Origin: a virus
Lineage: Duplodnaviria > Caudoviricetes
Strand: one strand, 5' to 3'
Length of the DNA stretch: 64,000 bases
IMG/VR virus record: IMGVR_UViG_2595698451_000001
Span: 32,001-96,000 of that record
Numbering within the stretch: the stretch's first letter is position 1; every line of letters starts with the position of its first letter. The notes beneath the pieces were generated by a model. It was given only the letters and a program-made list of their open reading frames with translations, was not told where the DNA came from and searched no databases. A program made the translations under genes and the position numbers. This document shows, piece after piece, positions 1-6,976 of this stretch.

Positions 1-169
1 TCCTCTTTGATTTCTTAATTAACTCTGCTAGTACCTTTAAACCTTCCTGATATTTCTGCATACTTTCGGATATCCTAGCCTCTGTCGCTTCATAAGAGCT
101 ATCAGGAGCTTTGGACCGTTTTACAATTACTCCTGACTTTACAGATTTATTGCCGTTCTTCTCCATCAT
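1..169 (-). CDS. Hypothetical protein, partial (runs off window start)
   Basis: ATG at 169-167 overlaps the stop of the XRE gene (ATGA coupling); frame MMEKNGNKSVKSG... stays open to position 1. Confidence 0.65.
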   Translation of the reverse strand, partial: MMEKNGNKSVKSGVIVKRSKAPDSSYEATEARISESMQKYQEGLKVLAELIKKSKR

Positions 170-477
170 TCATCCACCCTTTTGTTATTGATGTCTTTAA
201 ACTTTTCCAATTCTAAAATTTCCTCTTCAGTAAGGTCCTTAAACAACTCCCGGTAACCTACATTAAACAAGTCCTCTAATTCCTCAAGCTTCTGTCTTCT
301 GGGGAACTTCTCTCCAGTTTCCCAGTAGCTGATTGTGGAGAAGTTGACCCCTAGCTTAGCAGCTAAACTGTAAATGGTGTACCCATGATCTAATCTGTGC
401 TTCCGTAAACGTTTAATCACTTTTCCTTTACTCATGTTGTTATCTCCTTTAGATGTTTTAATCTTTGTCTGTGTCAA
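166..477 (-). CDS. XRE/Cro-family helix-turn-helix transcriptional regulator (start may be ATG at 435)
   Basis: LRKHRLDHGYTIYSLAAKLGVNFSTISYWETGEKFP is a typical HTH_3 signature. Confidence 0.85.
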   Translation of the reverse strand: MTQTKIKTSKGDNNMSKGKVIKRLRKHRLDHGYTIYSLAAKLGVNFSTISYWETGEKFPRRQKLEELEDLFNVGYRELFKDLTEEEILELEKFKDINNKRVDE

Positions 478-597
478 TTCCTTTTCCTCCTCTGAGTATT
501 TTGTGTCTGTTTTGTTGTTGTTGACTACATCGTATCATGGTATTGATTGAAAGTAACACGTTTTATAAAATATTTTATGTGACTGACTCTAGATTAC

Positions 598-1040
598 TCT
601 TGTCATATTTTAATTACTGCTGTATCAAGGTTTGTAAACCATGCTGACATTGGTTTTGTCCTATTTTATTTTTATCCCTCCTGTATTTAATATATTTATT
701 ATTACTAATAAGTGTTATTAAATAATAAACAGGGAGGAGTTAAAATAAAATAGGCATTTTTAAAACTGACATAATTAACTCCCTTTTGTCAGGTAAGGAT
801 TTAAAATAGGCATTACCTTCTGAGATACAAAACATTACTGACATATTAGCCCTTAAATATGTTATGTCCTATTTTAATCCCTTGATACATAAGGCTTTCT
901 GACATCTTTTAGATACTTTTTGTCATATTTTATTTTAAGGGGTTCTGTATTTATATATTTATATATTCTATATATTATTAAAGTTATTTTTAATACTTAG
1001 TATTATAATGATATAGGCTGTAAGAAAATGGAAATACAGA
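598..1040. repeat. AT-rich region with repeated TGYCHTATTTTA motifs and imperfect palindromes (candidate origin or operator array)
   Basis: Motif copies at ~601, 657, 746(rc), 802(rc), 865, 921; the 20-mer at 919-938 recurs exactly at 45178-45197. Confidence 0.55.
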
Positions 1041-1087
1041 GTAGAGATCGAGCAGCAAAAAAAAATGAAAAAAGTTATCCCAAACAC

Positions 1088-1116
1088 TTGTCAGGAATTA
1101 CAGAGTATGTTATAGT
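1088..1116 (+). promoter_or_regulatory. SigA-type promoter
   Basis: TTGTCA-17 nt-TATAGT with extended -10 TG and upstream A-tract. Confidence 0.7.
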
Positions 1117-1154
1117 ATAGTTAAGGTTAAGGAAGCCTACAAATACACACCGTA

Positions 1155-1230
1155 TTTTGACCCCTGAACCACTTGATGATGAGACTACCTCCTGATCGGT
1201 TTCATTGTCAGGTGGGGCAGACGGTCAAAA
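1155..1230 (+). ncRNA. Putative small RNA: long hairpin with ACCUCCU loop
   Basis: 17-bp stem 1169-1185/1199-1215 with several G-U pairs; outer stem TTTTGACC/GGTCAAAA; no ORF; directly behind a promoter. Confidence 0.55.
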
Positions 1231-1258
1231 AAAAAATGAAAATATTTACTCTGTAACG

Positions 1259-1286
1259 TTTAAAAAACACGACTATGTGTTATAAT
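1259..1286 (+). promoter_or_regulatory. SigA-type extended -10 promoter
   Basis: TGtTATAAT at 1278-1286; weak -35 (TTTAAA). Confidence 0.55.
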
Positions 1287-1292
1287 AGTAAT

Positions 1293-1418
1293 ACACCGTC
1301 TAGTTCAACGGCGAACTCGATGTGCTGAGACTGACTAGTTCAACTGGTGAACTCGTGGTCTCAACCAGCTCCAAGGTTTTTTGTTCCTCTCCTTGTTTTT
1401 TCCTTGGAGCTTCTTTTT
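1293..1418 (+). ncRNA. Putative ~125-nt small RNA with two near-identical hairpins and an intrinsic terminator
   Basis: CTAGTTCAAC(T)GGYGAACTCG twice; terminator stem AGCTCCAAGG/CCTTGGAGCT followed by T-run. Confidence 0.55.
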
Positions 1419-1425
1419 AAATCAT

Positions 1426-1512
1426 GGATAGGTACCCAAGCGGTAAAGGGGTCTGGTTGCTAACCAGATAGTAGGCTGAGGTCTAGCGGAGGTTCGAATC
1501 CTCTCCTATCCG
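1426..1512 (+). tRNA. tRNA-Ser (GCT)
   Basis: Acceptor GGATAGG/CCTATCC, anticodon arm TCTGG-TTGCTAA-CCAGA, long variable arm, TTCGAAT T-loop; CCA not encoded. Confidence 0.93.
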
Positions 1513-1528
1513 TATACTAAGTAGGTTT

Positions 1529-1605
1529 TCATTGAGCACACAAGCGGCGTCTCTGTCCATTTCCATTGTCGCCTCCTCCCCCTTTTCAGCTTGTGTGTTC
1601 AATGA
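1529..1605 (+). ncRNA. 17-bp hairpin with pyrimidine-rich CCUCCUCCCCC loop
   Basis: TCATTGAGCACACAAGC pairs with GCTTGTGTGTTCAATGA. Confidence 0.5.
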
Positions 1606-1749
1606 GCATCTGCTTTTAGACTTTTTCAAGTATGGCTCTTTAACTATAGGTGACAAAGTCGAGTTATTGGTCATCTCAGCTGAATGCTTGCCCTCCCGTT
1701 ATAACCATAAACGATGGATAAGGCTTAAGGCTAAAAACCACTTAATCAT

Positions 1750-1821
1750 TGTCCCATAGCTCAATGGTAGAGCGCCCGACTGTTAATCGGAAGGTTGCTG
1801 GTTCGAGCCCAGCTGGGACAG
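1750..1821 (+). tRNA. tRNA-Asn (GTT)
   Basis: Acceptor TGTCCCA/TGGGACA, anticodon loop CTGTTAA, GGTTCGAGCC T-arm. Confidence 0.93.
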
Positions 1822-1848
1822 TTAACCTTATAATGAAGAGGTGATTGC

Positions 1849-2199
1849 ATGAAAAAGGAAGCAATTTACGTATTCAATTATAACGGACAGACAGTAACTG
1901 CTGATGCTTATGTTGATCCTATAGAGAATCGTAGGTATCTAGGTACTAGGGGGAATCCTCTTCAAATTGCACTGAATTATAAGGGTACTGGTGCCACTGA
2001 GACACAAACTATTGTTGCAGAATTGGTGGAAGACGTGCCCGTACCAGACGCACCTACATACTCCGTTAACACACACGTACTTATTTTCTACTTGCCGGAT
2101 GTAGACGCCTATGCCAAGGGGCTATACTTGGACCTCAATGAAGGCGATTCAGGCGTCCTCCATCCTGACTTTACAGTAGATTTTCTAAACAAGATTTAA
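1849..2199 (+). CDS. Hypothetical protein (116 aa) within the tRNA island
   Basis: RBS GAGGTGA before ATG; clean ORF. Confidence 0.8.
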   Translation: MKKEAIYVFNYNGQTVTADAYVDPIENRRYLGTRGNPLQIALNYKGTGATETQTIVAELVEDVPVPDAPTYSVNTHVLIFYLPDVDAYAKGLYLDLNEGDSGVLHPDFTVDFLNKI

Positions 2200-2209
2200 T
2201 TTCATTGGA

Positions 2210-3040
2210 AACCATGGCTGTTCGTTTTGGGAGCAGCAATCTTCAAATGGCAGGGTACTTGACGTTGGGTTAGGGTATCCAAACGCAGAGTAGGTGGACC
2301 ATGAAACTACTTCAATTCTGAGGTCGTTTTTCCGGCTGCATACGTACTACTCATGTGTACAACAGAGCCTACACGCCTCTTAACAATGCGGACCACGGTA
2401 GGACATTATAGCTCACTGGACGATGTATAATTTGTCAGTATCTATACCGGTTAAGGGTCTGATAAACGAGGTTAGATTCCTCGATCCAGAGGAGCAGAGT
2501 TTATTCGCTATGCTAGTACGCTAGTAGGGTTCGGGGTTAGCCCGGACGACTGTGTGGTGGCGGAAAAGCCCACACGTATACTGCCCTTATAAGCAATTAG
2601 CTTATTATGCGGTCAAAAATTTATCGGTGGCACACTGTAGATGGGGTGTGCGAGCAGCTGCGGGTAGTGGTCAAGGGCTGTATCCATGTGGGAGTGGATA
2701 ACACTTTCTAACTAGCCTAGAGAGGCGTGTAAGCTATCGTAGCTTACTAAACACTCACAGAACGGGTAGCTGCGATCCATGGAAGCTGTTTCGGGTATAC
2801 ACGGGCAGTGGAAAAAAGGAGCGTTTCGTGGGAGGGTAAAACCTTAAAACAGTCTTAAATCCCACAACTGATTATAAATTGTGTAACAAGTTTAGATGGC
2901 AACATCTACTTTAACTAGCCAAGACGGCGTGTCAAGCTATCGCAGCTTGCTAAAAGTCACAAGAGTTTGGGGTGTACACGTTAAGGAGTTCCCAAGGAGG
3001 AGGGTGTACGAAGCAGCCCATTGGTAGTGGTCTGCATTAT
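2210..3040 (+). ncRNA. Putative large structured ncRNA (ROOL/GOLLD-like); 5' boundary uncertain (2210 or ~2360)
   Basis: 830 nt without a credible ORF; long-range complementarity 2385-2396/3027-3038 and 2370-2380/2721-2731; many local hairpins; located among phage tRNAs. Confidence 0.6.
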
Positions 3041-3042
3041 AT

Positions 3043-3120
3043 GCGGAATGACGGATGATATTATTCAGTAGGTATCCCGGGTATATGCTGAGTGACGGGG
3101 TTCGATTTCCCAGCCCCGCT
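3043..3120 (+). pseudogene. Degenerate tRNA-like element
   Basis: T-arm GGGG-TTCGATT-TCCC and partial acceptor GCGG/CCGC; no D stem or normal anticodon arm. Confidence 0.45.
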
Positions 3121-3175
3121 ACAATATTTTGCCGGGTAGCCGAGTGGTAGTTCAAAGCAAAGGGGGTCTATAAGG

Positions 3176-3331
3176 ATGGAAGAGTATCTATTAGATGAAA
3201 AAGCTATATATGATAAAGTTCAAGAGCTTGCAAAATCAAGAGGTATTGAAATTACAGATGAAGTAATTGATCTTGTGTTTGAAGCAGAATACCTCTGTTT
3301 GAAAGAAATAGGTCTAGTTGAAGAAGAGTAA
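3176..3331 (+). CDS. Small acidic hypothetical protein (51 aa; not in ORF track)
   Basis: AGGGGGT RBS; MEEYLLDEKAIYDKVQELAKSRGIEITDEVIDLVFEAEYLCLKEIGLVEEE*. Confidence 0.7.
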   Translation: MEEYLLDEKAIYDKVQELAKSRGIEITDEVIDLVFEAEYLCLKEIGLVEEE

Positions 3332-3437
3332 AAATCAGTCTATTGATTTAATTCTTTTTAACCCCCTTTCAGAAGATGGAACAGGTAGCCATCACCTTTA
3401 TGTGGAGATGTGGGAGTACCGACCCACCTGAAGAACT

Positions 3438-3509
3438 ACCTCTGTGGTGAAATAGGGTATCACAGCAGACTTCTTTCTGCTATTCTAGGTTCGACTCCTA
3501 GCAAGGGCG
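3438..3509 (+). pseudogene. Degenerate tRNA (Glu/Gln-like)
   Basis: D-arm GTG..CAC, GCAGA/TCTGC stem with only a 6-nt loop (CTTCTT), perfect T-arm CTAGG-TTCGACT-CCTAG, two acceptor-stem mismatches. Confidence 0.6.
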
Positions 3510-3511
3510 TT

Positions 3512-3583
3512 GGCTCCATAGTGCAGCGGTTAACACGCCCGCCTGTCACGTGGGTAGCACGGGTTCGAATCCCGTTGGAGCCG
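3512..3583 (+). tRNA. tRNA-Asp (GTC)
   Basis: Acceptor GGCTCCA/TGGAGCC, anticodon loop CTGTCAC, GGTTCGAATCC. Confidence 0.93.
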
Positions 3584-3601
3584 TTAAGTAACCATATCGG
3601 A

Positions 3602-3743
3602 CTGTCTCGATCTCTGCGGGGAGAACATTCGAGGTGAAAAACCTCTACAGACAGGTGACAGATGGTGAGGGCACTTTCCCAACAGTTGCCGCAGATGAGG
3701 GAAGTGAGGCGATGATAGGAAGATGAGGTGGGTCCTTCGCCAT
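3602..3743 (+). ncRNA. Putative structured RNA between tRNA-Asp and tRNA-Tyr
   Basis: Two stem-closed domains plus a 7-nt inter-domain complement TCTGCGG/CCGCAGA. Confidence 0.45.
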
Positions 3744-3749
3744 TAACAA

Positions 3750-3833
3750 GGGTGAGCGGTAACGTTGGAGAGTTACGGCAGACTGTAAATCTGTTCCCTT
3801 CGGGGTTAGAGTGTTCGAATCACTCCTTGCCCA
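3750..3833 (+). tRNA. tRNA-Tyr (GTA)
   Basis: Anticodon arm GCAGA-CTGTAAA-TCTGT, variable arm CCCTTCGGGG, GTTCGAATC, acceptor GGGTGAG/CTTGCCC. Confidence 0.9.
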
Positions 3834-3860
3834 TTGCACACTGTGCACTATCTCCTTTTT

Positions 3861-3893
3861 GAGACTTCGTAAGTAATCTACGGAGTCTTTTTT
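3861..3893 (+). terminator. Intrinsic terminator of the tRNA island
   Basis: AGACTTCGTA/TACGGAGTCT stem plus T-run. Confidence 0.75.
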
Positions 3894-4005
3894 GCGTTCC
3901 CTTATATTATTACGTATGTGACTGTACAGCTGCTGGGAGAGGTCTGTATGGTATAATTAAAATAGAGACTCAATAGTTCTATATTATACATATAAGGAGG
4001 CAGCC

Positions 4006-4335
4006 ATGGCATCTTTCAGCCAAGACAATAAGTGGACGGAAGCTAAAAGAGCTGTAGGCAGCACCAACTGGATAGAAGTGGTTAGCTACTACCGATCCAT
4101 TGACGGAGAGAACGTGTTTGTATACTCCGTAGTGGACGGAGAGAAACGACTTATAGTTGACGTGCTTGATGATGAAAACGTTCTTCTCATCGGTAGGGAC
4201 GGCAACCTCATCACAGATAGCTACAGCAATGTAGAGAACAGCAGAAAGGTTTTTAAATATTCAGAGAACAGTGAGCAGAGGTATCTTCAGCTAGGCTCTG
4301 CGGAGTATCTGGTAACAATCGAAAGTCATAAATAG
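4006..4335 (+). CDS. Hypothetical protein upstream of portal
   Basis: AAGGAGG RBS; 109 aa; preceded by TATATTA late-type motif. Confidence 0.8.
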   Translation: MASFSQDNKWTEAKRAVGSTNWIEVVSYYRSIDGENVFVYSVVDGEKRLIVDVLDDENVLLIGRDGNLITDSYSNVENSRKVFKYSENSEQRYLQLGSAEYLVTIESHK

Positions 4336-4353
4336 GATGGAAGTGATAAGGAA

Positions 4354-6015
4354 ATGAAAGTAATGGACTGGATCAATCGCATGAGTGGTCAGGAAGAAAT
4401 CCAGAAGACTACCCAAGTTGACGATGACTTCTCCATAGCTGTCCGCCAGATCGAGCAGGATGCACTTGAAAAGAGCCAACGTAAAGGTTCTGCTAAGGCT
4501 TATGAAGAACCTTTAGTAGGCGGTAGCTTCTCTATGAACCCTGAGTACAAAGAGGCGCCTTCTACATCAGGGACACATAACTTACTCGAAGTATTAAAGC
4601 TATGGTCACGAAAGAACATCATCCTCAACGCAATTATCAACACCCGAGTGAACCAAGTGTCCTTATTTTGTACCCCTGCCCGGTTCAGTGACAGAGGTAT
4701 CGGTTACGAGGTCCGGTTGAAAGACCCACTGGAGACTCCTTCAACTCATGATAAGAAGCGGATGAAAGAGATTGAGGACTTCTTAGAGCATACTGGAGTA
4801 GATAAAAAGGACTTTACCAGAGATACATTCAGAACGTTCGTCAAGAAAATTATCCGAGATAGGCTTACATACGATAAGATCAATTTTGAGCTTATTTACG
4901 ACAAGGCTACTGGAAAGTTAGAGAGTTTCAAAGCTGTCGATGCCTCCACCATCTACGTTGCTGTCGATGATAAAGGGAGAGAGCGTAAAGGAAAGAATGC
5001 TTATAAGTACGTTCAGATTCTAGACAGACAGAAAGTAGCGGAGTTTAAAGCTAACGAAATGGCTTGGGAAGTACATAACCCTCGTACTGATATCACTGTA
5101 GGTCGGTATGGGTACCCTGAACTTGAGATTGCATTAAACCACTTGCAGTACCATGAAAACACTGAGGTGTTTAATGCCCGTTTCTTTGCTCAAGGTGGGA
5201 CAACAAGAGGTCTCCTGCATATTAAAACCGGACAAGAACAGTCACATCAAGCACTTTCCAATTTCAGACGGGAATGGACATCTATGTTTAGTGGCATTAA
5301 CGGTGCTTGGAAAATCCCTGTCATCACAGCAGAGGATGTAAACTTTGTAAATATGACTCAGTCTTCTAAAGACATGGAATTTGAGAAATGGCTTAACTAC
5401 TTAATTAACGTTATCTGTTCCATTTTCTCTATCGACCCTTCGGAGATAAACTTCCCGAACAGAGGGGGAGCTACCGGACATTCAGGTAACACTTTGAATG
5501 AAAGTAGCACAGCGGAGAAGCACCGTAGTTCTAAAGACAAAGGTCTGGAGCCGCTGCTCAAGTTTATTGAGGATGCAGTAAACAAGTACATTGTATCTCA
5601 ATTTGGAGAGAAATATGTATTTAACTTTGTCGGAGGAGACTCCAAAACTGAGGCTGAGATCATTGATATTCTCAAAGCTAAAGCAGCAATCGGTCTTACT
5701 ATCAATGACGTTCGTGCAGAGCTTGGCTACCCTGAGACACCTGGCGGAGACGTTACTCTCGCCGGAGTCCATGTACAGCGACTAGGTCAGCTCCTACAGG
5801 AAAAACAAATTGAACATCAGCGTCAGATGGAGATGCACCAGTTCGTAGCACAGCAGACAGGATACAACGGGGACCTTGATAACGTTAATGGTAAAAACAC
5901 CTATAACAAAGACGTAGGTAAAGACGGACAGCTAAAAGCGGAGAACAATACTAACTCTACCCCCCAAGGCGGTAAGAAGGATGACGGTAGTCCGATTAAC
6001 GACTGGGAAGTATAA
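4354..6015 (+). CDS. Portal protein
   Basis: 553 aa; FNARFFAQGGTTRGLL, KDMEFEKWLNYLINVICSIFSIDPSEINF motifs of Herelleviridae portals; position before protease. Confidence 0.93.
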   Translation: MKVMDWINRMSGQEEIQKTTQVDDDFSIAVRQIEQDALEKSQRKGSAKAYEEPLVGGSFSMNPEYKEAPSTSGTHNLLEVLKLWSRKNIILNAIINTRVNQVSLFCTPARFSDRGIGYEVRLKDPLETPSTHDKKRMKEIEDFLEHTGVDKKDFTRDTFRTFVKKIIRDRLTYDKINFELIYDKATGKLESFKAVDASTIYVAVDDKGRERKGKNAYKYVQILDRQKVAEFKANEMAWEVHNPRTDITVGRYGYPELEIALNHLQYHENTEVFNARFFAQGGTTRGLLHIKTGQEQSHQALSNFRREWTSMFSGINGAWKIPVITAEDVNFVNMTQSSKDMEFEKWLNYLINVICSIFSIDPSEINFPNRGGATGHSGNTLNESSTAEKHRSSKDKGLEPLLKFIEDAVNKYIVSQFGEKYVFNFVGGDSKTEAEIIDILKAKAAIGLTINDVRAELGYPETPGGDVTLAGVHVQRLGQLLQEKQIEHQRQMEMHQFVAQQTGYNGDLDNVNGKNTYNKDVGKDGQLKAENNTNSTPQGGKKDDGSPINDWEV

Positions 6016-6070
6016 CAGGTGGGTTGCTTTGAGCAGCCTCCTGTAAAATTTATGAACAAAGTAGTGTATC

Positions 6071-6080
6071 TGCTATATTA
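6071..6080 (+). promoter_or_regulatory. Late promoter motif TG(C/T)TATATTA
   Basis: Same 10-mer precedes structural genes at 6071, 7916, 16957, 40221, 44511, with variants at 3977 and 34382. Confidence 0.7.
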
Positions 6081-6151
6081 TCAGAAGTAACATGGCTGTG
6101 TCACACAGTGTAATCCACAATATGTGGTATCATAGAAGGGAGGAAGTAGCC

Positions 6152-6976
6152 CTGAAAACTTTACCCGGAAGAGTTGACCTATTTGTTCCTATTGACTTAG
6201 GAGAATCCATCAAGAAGAGCAACGAAAACTCAACAGAAAAATCTTGGTACTTACGTGGGTATGCAACAACTCCTCACCTAGACTTACAGGATGATATTGT
6301 AGACCCTAACGGGATTGACATTAGTCACCTTGTACAGCATGGCTACATCAACTACGAGCACCAACAAGGAGAAGAATTTATAATCGGAGCTCCTACAGAT
6401 GGTACATATGTAGACCCTGATGTTGGTCTGTACTTGGAAGCTAAACTCTACAAAAACAATCCGTATGCTAAGAAGGTATGGGAACTCGCTTCCAACATTG
6501 AAAAGTCAGGGATAAACCGAACACTAGGATTCTCAATCGAAGGCTATGCCAAAGAGAGAGACAAAAATGATCCTAGAATCATCAAGAGTACATACATAAC
6601 AAACGTTGCTGTAACTACCAGCCCAGCTAATCCTAATGCTACTTGGGAAGCCTTTATGAAGAGCTTCTTAACTGGTCACGGTATTTCCCCGGAGACTCAA
6701 GTAGATGGAGCTGCACTAAGAGCTGAGTCTTTTGCAAGAAGCTTATATAACCTCTCGTGGGCTTATAAAGCTTTAGGTGATCCTGAAGACTTTGACAAGC
6801 TGTGGAAAGAGGTCGGCGATTACTTAGACTCGATGGACCGATACACTCCTGAGAGTGCCGTAATTTTCCTTCAGTTGTTCAAAGGATATTCTCGTAATGA
6901 GGCTGTATCTAAGATTGATCAACTAATGCAGCAAAATGATAATGGAAATAAGAAAGGAGAAACAACGAATGGGTAA
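6152..6976 (+). CDS. Prohead protease (likely CTG start at 6152; ORF track start 6092)
   Basis: LRGYATT..DLQDDIVDP, INYEH, LGFSIEG, NVAVTTSPANPNA motifs; GGGAGG RBS 8 nt before CTG. Confidence 0.88.
   Translation: MKTLPGRVDLFVPIDLGESIKKSNENSTEKSWYLRGYATTPHLDLQDDIVDPNGIDISHLVQHGYINYEHQQGEEFIIGAPTDGTYVDPDVGLYLEAKLYKNNPYAKKVWELASNIEKSGINRTLGFSIEGYAKERDKNDPRIIKSTYITNVAVTTSPANPNATWEAFMKSFLTGHGISPETQVDGAALRAESFARSLYNLSWAYKALGDPEDFDKLWKEVGDYLDSMDRYTPESAVIFLQLFKGYSRNEAVSKIDQLMQQNDNGNKKGETTNG

Noticed and set aside
1300-1356. Two 20-21 nt repeats as a mini CRISPR array
   Set aside because: Only two short copies with a ~15-nt spacer, no cas genes, and no resemblance to a repeat family I recognise
2210-3120. 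Large RNA as tmRNA, RNase P RNA or a group I/II intron
   Set aside because: No tag reading frame with proper tmRNA ends, no RNase P P4 signature, no P7 or domain V motif, and no interrupted host gene seen
3409-3465. Hammerhead-like core CTGAAGA-ACTAC/GTGGT-GAAA
   Set aside because: No compatible stem I with an NUH cleavage site can be built, and the 3' half is explained by the degenerate tRNA D-arm
1483-3848. ORF-track calls 1483-1674, 1532-1759, 2937-3155, 3410-3637, 3645-3848
   Set aside because: They overlap tRNAs or structured RNA, lack RBSs and have non-protein-like composition
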